Origin: Hypanus sabinus
Lineage: Eukaryota
Length of the DNA stretch: 64,000 nucleotides
NCBI RefSeq assembly: GCF_030144855.1
Contig: NW_026780939.1
Location: 434,001-498,000, forward strand
Direction of reading: 5' to 3'
Both the position numbers and the translations under genes were made by a program. Positions 40,291 to 51,839 of the stretch are shown here, in pieces. The notes under the pieces are model-generated. The model ran no database searches, was not told the origin of the DNA, and saw only the letters and a list, made by a program, of their open reading frames with translations. Numbering within the stretch: position 1 is the first letter of the stretch; the number at the start of each line of letters is the position of its first letter.

Positions 40291-41094
40291 TTTGACACTG
40301 CCTTCCTCTTGCAGATCAACCGCGAACTACGCCTGGACGCTGGTCAAAGCATTTTTCACTGCAAGGGCCCGCTGTCGCTTTTTATACCCGTGCGGACTGA
40401 AATTCTCCCTTCCCAAATCACCCGATGTCCAGTTTGGCCGCTGGTTCGAAGATGCTTTCCCTGAAAATCATTATTTAAAATTATCTAATTTTATATTATT
40501 TTCAATACACCTATGCAACTGTATTTTTTAAGTACGGTATTTAAGAAATACTTTTTAAAATCTGTTTATGTTAATATTCTGCTGATTTTATTTAATATTT
40601 GCTGCGTTCACTCCCTTTTCCAGACCTGTTGTATTTCAGTGTCTGACTGTGTGTTAATAGGTTTCTCAGTTTAGTGTCCATTTCCAGACACGACACACAT
40701 CCATGGAAAGACACGACTGCTCGGATTATTAGACACACTTTCAATCTGCGTTTGTACTGCTTCTCTGACAGTTTACAAAGAAAGGGTTAACTGCACTTGT
40801 TATTTCGAAGAACTTAATGAAGGGAGTGTCCCTGGGGTCTGTCGCCGTCACCGCGGAGGTGTGGCTTCTGGTTACTTGTTCTATTAATATGTCTCTCTCA
40901 CAATGTCAGTTTCAGTTGAGCCGCCAGTCTACGCTATCAGAGGCCAGCGGGTTTCAGATAGAGAGAGGGGACAGAGGCTGCATCGGAAACAGGAATCTGG
41001 AGTATTGCAATAATGGATCCGCAAAATGCATTACGGAATACTGCGGCATCTGTAAATAATATTTCCTCGATGTATCAGTAACTGGTTAAAAATC

Positions 41095-41191
41095 ATGAAG
41101 TTGCTGTTGCCGTTGGACTATGAACTTTATTATGCGCTTGAGTCCTTCAAACTGGTTTACTACCCTGTCCTCGCCATTGTAGCTGTCCCCG
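41095..41191 (+). CDS. GPCR paralog 3, exon 1 (shortened N-terminus; ancestral start at 41013 is out of frame and hits a stop)
   Basis: MKLLLPLDYELYYALESFKLVYYPVLAIVAVP then G|GTAAGT at 41192. The homologous ATG at 41013 reads MDPQNALRNTAASVNNISSMYQ* in another frame. Confidence 0.7.
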
Positions 41192-41649
41192 GTAAGTGTT
41201 TCGTCTCTTCCTCGTGAGTAAAGATGAGAAATTTTACTCAGCTTCTCCTTCGTAACTGTCCTGAATCGACGCGCTAAATGCATGGCTGGTCTCTCAAACC
41301 GGGACAGCTTCAGCAACACTGGCTGAGTGCATGGCGGCGTTGTCTATGCCTCTTCGCCTCTCAAACACTTCCATCATGTGACCTCTCTTGTACCTTTATT
41401 CCAAGAGAAGCAAGTCTCAGCTCCCACAATCTCTCCCTGTAGGGAGTGGTTTCCAATCCGGGCAGTATTCCGGCAAATTTCATCTGCACTCTCAGTGAAG
41501 CATACACATGCTTCCGGCGCTGAGGTGAACAGAATTTCTGGTCTTTATGTTCCACAGTCCAGTTGCGACCTGGTAGGATTAATCAGGCTTTCTCGAAGTT
41601 TGTTGGAGCAGACAGCTTCGCTGGAATAGACAGGGAGATAGATAGATAG

Positions 41650-44600
41650 GTAGACAATAGACAATAGACAATAGACAATAGGGGCAGAAGTAGACCATTC
41701 GGCCCCTCGAGTCTGCACCGCCATTCTGAGATCATGGCAGATCATTCCCTATCAATACCCAGTCCCTGTCTTGTCCCCATATCCCTTGATTCACCTATCC
41801 ATCAGATATCTATCTAGGTCCTTCTCGAAAGCATCCAGAGAATTGGCCTCCACCGTCTTCCGAGGCAGTGCATTCCACACCTCCACAACTCTCTGGGAGA
41901 AGAAGCTCTTCCTCAACTCTGTTTTAAATAACTGACCTCTTATTCTCAATCCATGCCCCCTGGTACTGGACTCTCCCAACATCTGGAACATATTTCCTGC
42001 CTCAATCCTATCAAATCCTTTAATTATCTTAAACGTTTCAATCACATCCCCTCTCAATCTCCTCAATTCCAGCGTGGACAAGCCCAATCTCTCCAATCTC
42101 TCTGCGTAAGACAGCCCTGCCATCCCAGGAATCAACCTAGTGAATCTACGCTGCACTTCCTCAATTGCCAGAATGTCCTTCCTTAAACCTGGAGACCAAA
42201 ACTGTACACAATATTCCAGGTGTGTTCTCACCAGGGCCTTGTACAAATGCAAAAGGACATCCTTGCTCTTGTACTCAATTCCCCTTGTAACAAAGGCCAA
42301 CATTCCATTTGCCCTCTTCACTGCCTGTTGCACTTGCTCATTCACCTTCATTGATTGGTGAACTAGGACTCCACCGCCACCCAGTTTAGTATCGTCAGCA
42401 AACTTGCTGATATAGTTTTCAATTTCCTCATCTAAATCGTTGACATAAATTGTAAAGAGCTGTGTTTGCAATACAGAGCCCTGTGGTACCCCACTAGTCA
42501 CTCAAGCCAGTCCGAGAAACACCCATTCACTGCTACCCTTTGCTTTCTATCTGCCAACCAGTTTTCTATCCATGTTGAAACCCTGCCGCCAATGCCATGA
42601 GCTCTGATATTACTCACCAATCTCCTATGTGGCATCTTATCGAATGCCTTCTGAAAATCTAGGTACACAACATCCACTGGCTTACCCTCGTCTAACATCC
42701 TTGTTATACCCTCAAAAAACTCCAACAGATTAGCCAAGCATGATTTGCACTTGGTAAATCCATGCTGGCCCGGCCTAATCCTATTTCTGCCATCAAGATG
42801 TGCCACTATTTCGTCCTTAATAATGGACTGAAGCATCTTCCCCACGACTGACGTTAGGCTAACAGGGCGATAGTTCTCCGTTTTCTCCTTCCCTCCCTTC
42901 TTGAAAAGTGGGATAACATTAGCCATTCTCTAATCTTCAGTAACTGATCCTGAATCTAAGGAACATTGGAAAATGATTACCAATGCATCCGCAATTTCCT
43001 GAACCACCTCTTTTAGAACCCTCGGATGCAGACCATCTGGACCCGGGGATTTATTAGCTTTCAGTCCTACCTAATGTCAATCTGTCATTCTTTCCTAATG
43101 TCAATCTGTCTCAATTCCTCTGATATCTTATGACCCTGGCCCAACCATACATCTGGGAGATTGCTTGTGTCCTCCCTGGTGAAGACAGATCTAAAGTACG
43201 CATTAAATTATGTTGCCATTTCCCTGTTTCCCATAACAATTTCTCCCAATTCATTCTTCAAGGGGCCAACATTGTTCTGAACTATCTTCTTTCTCTTCAC
43301 ATAGCTAAAAAAGCTTTTGCTATCCCCTTTTATATTCCTGGCTAGACTGAGCTCATACCTGATTTTTTTTTCTCTCTGTATTGCTTTTTTAGTTAAGATC
43401 TGCTGTTCCTTAAAACTTTCCCAGTCATCTGTATTCCCACTTATCTCAGCCTGTCATACTTCTTTTTCTTTAATGCTATACAATCTCTGACTTCCTTTGT
43501 CAACCACTGTGGCCCCTTCCCCCTCTTTGAATCCTTCCTTCTCATTGGAATGAACTGCTTTTGCATCTTTTGTATTATGCCCAAGAATATCTGCCACTGC
43601 TGATCCACTGTCTTTCCTGCCAGGGCATCCGTCCATTTACCTTTGGCCAGCTCTTCCCTCATGGCTCCGTAGTCTCCTTTATTTAATTGCAACACTGACA
43701 CCTCTGATCTGCCCTTATCCCTGTCAAATTGTAGATAAAATCTTATCATGTTATGATCACTACTTCCTAATGGCTCCTTTACTTAAAGGTCACTTATCAA
43801 TTCCTGTTCATTACACATCACCAAGCCCAAAATAGCCTCATTCCTGGTTGGCTCAAGCACAAGCTGTTCCAAAAATACATCCCTTAGACACTCCACAAAC
43901 TCCCTATCCTGGGGTCCAGCACCTACCTGATTCTCCCAGTTCACCTGCATGTTGAAATCTCCCATAACTACTGCATTACCTTCAGCACATGCCAATGCTA
44001 ACTCCCGAAACAACTTGTACCCAATATCCACGCTACTGTTTGGGGGCCTGTACACAACGCCCATTAGGGTATTTTTACCTTTACTGTTCCTCAGCTCAAT
44101 CCACACAGACTACTTCCCCTGTTCCCAAGTCACCTCTTGCTAAGGACTGAATCTCACTCCTCACCAACAGGGCCACCCCACCCCCTCTTCCCATATTTCT
44201 GTCTCTACGATAGCACGTATACCCTGGTACACTCAATTCCCAGGCCTGATCCCCTTGCAGCCATGTCTCCGTTATCCCAACAATATCGTAGTTCCCCATT
44301 TCAAGCTCATCTGTCTTATTTCTGACACTACGCGCATTCAAGTATAGAATTCTTTGCAAATTCCTCCTCTCTTTGCTTAAAACACTGCCTACTGTACCTA
44401 ACCCAGCTCCTTGAACTTCCATCGGGCTAATTGCACCCTGAATTTTGATGACCTTCTCAAGATCACCCAAACCTTCAACACATTTAGCCCCATCCTCCTT
44501 CTGACCAACCCTCTGGATCTGGATCACTGCCCCCTGCACATCTAGTTTAAACCCCCCCCGAGCAGCACTGGCAAACACTCCTGCAAGAATTTTAGTACCC

Positions 44601-45158
44601 CCCCCCCGGTTCAGATTTAGACCGTCCCTTCGAAACAGATCCCAATGTCCCTGGAACAAAGACCAATTATCCAAAAACCTGAACCCTTCCTTCCTGCTCC
44701 ATGTTCTCAGCCTCGTATTAATGTGCATAATCATTCTATTCTTCGCCTCACTCGCACGTGGCACAGGTAGCAATCCCGAGATTGATACCCTGGAGGTCCT
44801 GCCTTTCAGCTTCACTCCTAACTCCCTGAATTCTCTAAGCTGGACCCCCTCACTCACCTTACCTACATCGTTGGTCCCTACATGGACCACTACATCTGGG
44901 TTCATGCCCTCGTTCTCAAGAATAGCCTGCACCCGATCTGAGTTGTCCCGGACCCTGGCACCAGGGAGGCAACATGCCATCCGAGACTCCCGATCTGCCC
45001 CACAAAATCTCCTATCTGCCCCCCTAACTATAGAATCCCCTAAAACTATCGCTCTCTTCTCTTCCCTCCTCCCCTTTCTAGTTGAGGGTTCAACCTCTGT
45101 GCCAGAGACAGGACCACTACAACTCATTCCTGGTAGGTCATCCCCATCAACAGTATCC
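41650..45158 (-). mobile_element. Near-complete CR1 LINE (ORF1 SGNH esterase, ORF2 endonuclease and RT; 5' truncated, several lesions), antisense in the intron of GPCR paralog 3
   Basis: GDSIVRG/HVGTND esterase motifs, YLNARS..ITETWL endonuclease, YRPVSLTS, YLDFQKAFD, GVPQGS, FADDTK RT motifs; (ctattgt)n tail at ~41650-41680. Confidence 0.92.
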
Positions 45159-45205
45159 AGATAGATAGATAGACAGACATTCAAATAGATAGATAGAGAT
45201 AGATG

Positions 45206-45250
<45 letters not shown>

Positions 45251-45272
45251 TCAGACAGATAGAAAGATAGAT
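45159..45272 (+). repeat. (GATA)n microsatellite
   Basis: Direct reading. Confidence 0.9.
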
Positions 45273-45369
45273 AGGAAGATATATAATTACCTTCAAAGCC
45301 TCAACTATTAAACATAATGAGGCTACGTGGGGGTCATTAATGCCATGATTTACCACCGACACATATGGT

Positions 45370-46190
45370 GCAGATGAATCTGAGCCTGCAGGCGGTTATC
45401 GATTGTTTAAACAAAAGTATTAGCGTCTGGCAGATGGAGAACAATGGTGCAAAAGGCAAGGTTGAGAAGGACAAATGGAAGAACAGAATATTATTTTCGT
45501 GGAAAACGATTGCAGTACGCTGTCATGTGGAGTTTCTTAACAGTGTTTGTTCTTCAATCGCAAAAGGTTGGTCTGCAGCAGCAGCAGACGAACAAGCAGG
45601 CAAATGGGATTTTGGCCTTCATTGCTCACAGGGTTCAATTTAAGAGCAGGGAAGTTATGCTGCAACAGCACAAGGTACTGGTGAGGCGACAGCTGGGGTC
45701 CTGTGTGCATGTCTGGTCCTCCTGACTTGTGTAGGGATTTACCAGCGTTTAGTCGGTTCACCATTTTGATTCCAGACCGGAGGCATTGGGAGGAAAATTG
45801 GTAGCTGAGTCGCCTGCGACTACACACACTGTATTTCAGAAGGATCAGAGGCGACCTTTTAGCGACATTTAAAATTACGAAAGGGGTAGATAAGACAGGG
45901 GCAGGAAAGTTTTTTCCACTGGTAAGTGAATTTAGACCGGGGGAACATAGGCTGAAGATTCTGGGGAGCGAATTTAGGACGGAGAGGGACTGCTTTTCCC
46001 AGAAGTTGTTGAACCTGTGGATTTTTCTGCCCAATGAAGCACTGAACGTCATTTCAGTAAATATGTTTCAGAAAAATTTGGATTGATTTTTCCGTAGTAG
46101 GGGTATTAAGGGTTCTTTGGGGGGAAAACAGGTAGATGGAAATGAGTCCATAGTCAGATCAGCAATGATCATCCTCAATGGCGGAGATTG
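45370..46190 (+). mobile_element. Degenerate CR1 RT 3' fragment (homologous to intronic fragments of paralogs 1 and 2)
   Basis: GILAFIAHRVQFKSREVMLQQHKVLVR motif. Confidence 0.7.
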
Positions 46191-46965
46191 CCAGTCCGAA
46201 CAGGTGGATTATACCGGCACCTATTTGGTCAAATCTTCTGCTGTAATGCTCTCTCGTGTTTACAGTTGAGCGAAGCAGAATTTCTGTCACCGTGATACTT
46301 GGTACATGAATCAGTTCATTATCACGTCCTGTTTTCAAATCGTTCTTCTGACGCCAAAGTTTCGAATACATTCTGCCATCGGTGGATATCACTGCTTAGT
46401 CCATAGGGTTCGGGGACTGAATTCGCCCATTCGAGCAGAGAGCCTTCACCGCCATTCCCTCATAGCTGATTTACTTTCCCTGTCAAGCATATTCTGGCGC
46501 CCCCTCCCGATATCCACTGAGGCCCCGATGAATCAAGAGCTCTCGTCTGCAAATAGCTGAAATAAACTGACCCCCACAGCCATCTGTGGCGAGGAATTCC
46601 ACATAATTACCAGCCACGTTCAAAGGAAATTTCTACACTCAACTGTTAAAAAGTGATGTCTTTGTATTGTAAAGCCTCGTCTTCTAGTTGTAGATTCCAC
46701 CACTACAGAAGCTCCAGGTCCACGACATCCCGGCACAATATTCAATATTCCATGGTTTTCAATGAGATTCCCCTCATTCTTCTGAACTTCAAAAGGTACA
46801 TTATAATCACAACCGATTTAACACTAGCTGACGGTAACTTCCTGAGAAGATACGTAATTTCCATTTCCATCTCTGCTCTCGGAAGTACTCACGAATGAAA
46901 TATTTGTTTTCAGAGTATGTTTCCATGCAAATATGTGTTCATGGTCTTCATCTACCTCCACACAG

Positions 46966-47966
46966 TCAACGTGGTGACAATCGTCATCCTGTCGCGGGGC
47001 AAGTGCGGCCTCTCCAAAGGCGTCACAAGGTACCTGGTTGCCATGGTGGCAGCGGATCAGCTCGTCGTTCTCTTCGATCTGGTGTTGAGCAAAATTCCGT
47101 GGATTTTCATGCCACTTCAGGTTATACGCTGGACAGCAGGTACTCCCGTGTGTAACATCCACGCCGTCATGTTCTACGCCGCCACGGACTGTTCTGTCTG
47201 GTTCACCGTCACTTTCACTTTTGATCGATTTATCGCCATTTGTTTTCAGATGCTGAAGCGAAAATACTGCACCGAGAGAACGGCGGCTCTGGTTCTCGGG
47301 ACAGTGACTCTGCTGAGCTGCGTAAAGAACATATTCTGGTACTTTTTGTTTCAAGGGTCATATTCGTTATTTCGTACGTCATTGCTCTGTAATGTCAGGT
47401 TATCTTCCCTAAATCAGCAGGCAATATTTCAAGTGATTCATTTCCTCCTCACCCCAATATTACCCTTGGTCTTGATTCTGCTGCTCAACAGTTTAACCAT
47501 CAGACACGTCTTCGTGGCCAGCCGAGCCCGGAGGAGACTCCGTGGTTCTCGCGATGGCGAGAAGGCCGCCGACCAAAAGATGAAGACCCGCAGGCAATCC
47601 CTCCTGTTACTGCTGGTGATGTCGGGGAATTTCATCCTGCTGTGGGCACTGCTGACAGTCTATTCGGTATGGGAGAGGCTCGGTATTTATGTTTTCACGA
47701 ATCCCCGGATTTCTCTGCGGGAGCTGGGCTACATGCTGCAACAGCTGAGCTGCTGCACCAACACGGCCCTTTACGCCGTGGTCCAGGCAAGGTTTCAGGG
47801 TTCAGCTGAAGGACACGTTGAAAAGTCCCTTCCGTCTAATGACCAAGTTCACGGCGTTGTCAGGAGAGCATTAATACTCAGTGACCTTTCTCCCAAGAGT
47901 CTGCCTCCACTACTCTCAGTTCCACCAAGTGGGTTATCCAAAACTTATTTGCCTTCGAAGCCTTGA
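46966..47966 (+). CDS. GPCR paralog 3, exon 2 (7TM intact; +1 frameshift after TM7 gives a different C-tail); may be a pseudogene
   Basis: Acceptor ctccacacAG ends at 46965. Extra T at 47793-47795 (aggtttcagg versus aggttcagg in paralogs) shifts ...QARF from REQLK/RVQFK to QGSAEG. Confidence 0.8.
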
Positions 47967-48273
47967 CATCACCATTGCCATATGATCATTGTGCCCTACC
48001 GGTATACCGTGTCGCCCGAATCCCTCCTCAGGTCCGCCCGATGTAGCTCCATCTGTTTCCTCTGGCGAGGGCTGTTGTTTCCAAGAGCCGCTGCCTTTGA
48101 ATCGTTCAGGAAAACTGGTTACCGTGGACAGACTCAAGTCTCCGCTTGCAACGGAGTTCTTTGTAGTTCTGTCTGCCACCTCGAGAATAATTTAGTAACT
48201 CGGATTGGAAAACCGCCTCTTCCAATCGTCCGTCCCCAGCAGCAGTCCCCATCGCCAAGCGTCTGGGAAATTA

Positions 48274-48279
48274 AATAAA
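48274..48279 (+). promoter_or_regulatory. Candidate poly(A) signal of GPCR paralog 3
   Basis: AATAAA ~90 nt downstream of the site homologous to the paralog 1 signal, which here reads AATAAT (48186). Confidence 0.3.
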
Positions 48280-48454
48280 TTCTTAGACACTTTGTGTTGT
48301 GGTGGTGCTATCTGTCGGATTGAATTGGATACATTCGGTATGGAGGGAAGGTGATTGCTGAGGAAAAGGTACATGAAGTCTACTTGTTTATTTATTCCCT
48401 CGTAGCTAGGCCTCTCTCCTTCTCACAGTTCATTATCACTCATTCTACTCATTT

Positions 48455-48585
48455 TCCCACGCAGTCTGTAAAGCGTTACCGCCTGGATGTCATCGGCGTT
48501 CTCCTGATTCCTCCCACACGCCAAACATCTATGCGTTGATAGGTTAATTGGCCATTGTAAATTGTCCCATTAGTAGGGTCGCTCG
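48455..48585 (+). mobile_element. V-SINE/HE1-like core fragment
   Basis: ttcctcccacacgccaaaca...ggttaattggccattgtaaattgtccc resembles the V-SINE central domain. Confidence 0.45.
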
Positions 48586-49040
48586 GTTCGTGAATCATGG
48601 CCGCAGACAAGGCCCAGCCTTTGGGATTAGACTGGAAGTAAGACTTTTGAGAAGGACTGGTTCCGGTAGGCTGAGACCTGGGACCGAGATGCATTGGATA
48701 GCATGGCCTTAAATGGAGTACAGATGACAATGATGCAGGGCAGCCATTTTGCAAGTGACAATTGTGGGAAATATTCTGGCGTTTGATTGGATGAAAATAG
48801 GTGTGACTCATCAATACTCTTGCAGTCGACACAGACGTGATGGAGTTGTCGAGGTTGAGGGATCATGGCAAAAGTCCAGTTGGAAATATGGCCAGAGAAG
48901 TGCCAAATTTTTACACTAATACGACAGGTCTGTCTTGAAGGATAGAGAAATACGAGAATAGGAAATGTTTTAGGAATATGGAGAAAATGGAAAAAAAAGG
49001 CGTTTCTGCTGAGGTACCGGAAGAATGTTCAGCTTGGTCG

Positions 49041-50166
49041 TGTTACGTACACGCAACACTGGGCAAAGAACCTCTTACGTGCGCGCAATACTGTAAAAGT
49101 TTCAGCAGCAATAAAACACACCTTCAGTCTGGTTTTGCTGTTAACTGTCAATAGCTTATTTGTAATTCCGTAATATAGTAACTTAAACCGGGGAAAACCA
49201 AGTGTTAGCAGTATTATGCAGATATAGGTGTGTAAAAAAATGTTTCCAAATTTAGTCAAGCTCAGGTGCAAGAATTAAGTCTTACGTTCTTACCATCTTA
49301 AGGATTACAGTCTTAAGAAATTTCTGTTCAGTTCAAATGCATAGAATTTGGTGAGAGAGATATATATTTGAAATCCAAACAAACAGGTGTCGTCGATCTT
49401 CTCGTTGTCCTCTGAATCCTCACACGAAACCTCAGTAAGAGTAGCTTATCACATGAGGGAACATCTTCAAGGGAACCACAACCCAGGCAAGCGTCGACAC
49501 ACTGGGAGATTCCAAAAGGTTACCCCAGTCGTGCAAAACGTGATAACCACTTTCCAGCTCCACGACCTACGAATTAACTCCAACGGTGATTTGCCACAGG
49601 GGTGCCTTTCATCAGTGAACTACCACGCCCAGACAAAGGGTAAACACACACGTGATATCCACAAAGGTTTTTCCCTCAGTAGAGAATACACTCCTGCGGA
49701 TTAGCTCTGTGACAACCACATTTTCGTATCCGAATGGGAACAAACTCACACTCAAGGGATACGAGGAGTTAAAGTCAAAACTGTGATCTCTTTATAACAA
49801 GGATTCTTCTGTTTCAAGCCTCCCGCTTGTCTCCCCTCTGCAAAATTATTCTAGTTCCAGCAACTTGTGAGAGCCATTTATGAGAACTCTGGATCGATCT
49901 TAACTCACCCTTTTGGGTTGCTGGAAATTCAAATGCGGCAGACTCACTGCTGTCGTCCATTGACAATCTTAACTCTGATTGTGTGTCTCTGTGTCCTTGT
50001 ACATTCAAAACAAGCGGCAGAATAAATTGTATATATTCATTGTCCCTCAAATAATGCCACATCTCTCATCACAGCAAATCCAGCAGTATCTAATAGCCAG
50101 TCTCATTCTCTCGGCCTTTTTGAAGTGACAGTCAACAGAAAGAATGAACCCTTGGGGTATATAACT
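49041..50166 (-). mobile_element. Probable solo Gypsy LTR
   Basis: Minus strand begins (A)GTTATATACCCC and ends CGTAACA, like the array LTR termini; flanks gtcg/gccg are an imperfect 4-bp TSD. Confidence 0.5.
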
Positions 50167-50377
50167 GCCGAAACAACTGTTTATGAACAGATAATTCAGT
50201 AACCCTGCTGTTTGATTCACTCATCTGCAAAATACAAACGTTTGCCGCCAACAGATGATAGACAGTGATGCAGAGATTTTATGTTATAACCCAGGAATCG
50301 CATTTTAATCACAACGCATATTCACAGTCAATGTCCACAGTCAATGTCCGACTCAATCCGGGGTTTGTGATATATAT

Positions 50378-50412
<35 letters not shown>
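50378..50412 (+). repeat. (CA)n microsatellite
   Basis: Direct reading. Confidence 0.95.
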
Positions 50413-50415
<3 letters not shown>

Positions 50416-50649
50416 CGGATATCTCCAAATAGACAGAATAATAAAAAAAAACATTTATTTACAAACATACATAAAGTGCCGGGCAATACTGCAAAGGGCA
50501 AGACGTTTACACAGAGTTGTGTGTAGATGGGATGCACTTCCTGGTGTGGTCGTCGAGGCACAAGGGTAAGCGGCCTTAAAAAGAAGCCGAGACGGAAATG
50601 TGCTTATGAGGAAAATGAACGGAGTTGGCAAGCAGAAAAGATTAGTTAG

Positions 50650-51830
50650 CAATTATAGAAACACAGAAAATCTACAACAGATTACAGGAATTTCGGAACA
50701 CACTGCTGTGCCGAGCTTCTACTTACTTTATAAATTACCTCGTGTTACCGATAGGCCTCTATTTGTTTTTAAGCTCCATGTGCCTATCCGGAAGTCCCTT
50801 AAAAGACTCTATCGTATCCGTCTTCACCACCGTCACCGGCAGCCCATTGAACACACTCACCAATCTTTGCGTGGAAAACGTAACCTGACATCTCCTCTGT
50901 ACGTTCTTCCAACAGCTTAAAGATGCGCCCCGTCGTGATAGCCATTTCAACTGTGGGATAACACTTTTGACTATCCATATGATCAATGCCTCTCATCATC
51001 TTATACAGCTCTGTATGGTCAGCCCTCATCCTCCGTCGCTCCAAGGAGAAAAGGACTATTCTAGTAAGGCACGCTCCCCAATCCAGGCAGCATACTTGTA
51101 AATTTTCTCTGCACCAGATCGATGGTTTCCACATTCCTCTGGCAGAGAGGCGACCAGATCTGAGCACAGTCCTCCAAGTGAGGTCTGAACTGGATCCTAT
51201 ATAGCTGTAACGAAACATCTCACCACTTAATCACAAACCAAAGCCTGATGAAGGAGAAAGCACCGTTCGCCTTCTTGACCACAGATTCAACGTGCGCAGC
51301 TGCTTTGAGCGTCCTATAGACTCGGACACCAGTATCCCTCTGCCAAGAGTCTTACCAATAATACTATATTTTGCCATTATATTTGGCCTACCAAAACGAA
51401 CCACTTCACACATATCTGTTTTGAACTCCATCTGCCAATTCTCTGCCAAGTTTTCCATCGTGTCAATCTCCGACAGTAACCTCTGACAGCCCTGCACACT
51501 ATCCACAACACCACGAACCAATGTGTCATAAGAAAATTTACTAATCCATCCGCCCAGTACCCTATCCAGGATATTTATAAAAATCACGAAGTATAAGGGT
51601 CCCAGAACAGATCACCGAGGCCTACCACTGGTGACCTACATACAGGCAGTATATGACCCCTCTACAACCGGTTTTTGCCTTATGTGGGCAAGCCAGTTGT
51701 GGATCCACAAAGCAATGTCCCCATGCATCCAATGCCTCCATACTTTCTCAATACGCGTTGCACGGGGTACCTTATTAAATGCCTTGCTGAAATCCATATA
51801 CACTACATCTACTGTTCGTCCTTCACCTTC
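50650..51830 (-). mobile_element. CR1 ORF2 3' fragment with tail
   Basis: VVYMDFSKAFNKVP, WISKFSYDT, ERRRMRAD motifs; tail near 50655. Confidence 0.8.
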
Positions 51831-51839
51831 ATGTTTGGG

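Noticed and set aside
44096-45184. SGNH/GDSL esterase as a host enzyme gene
   Set aside because: It is the ORF1 esterase domain of a CR1 LINE, contiguous with endonuclease and RT.
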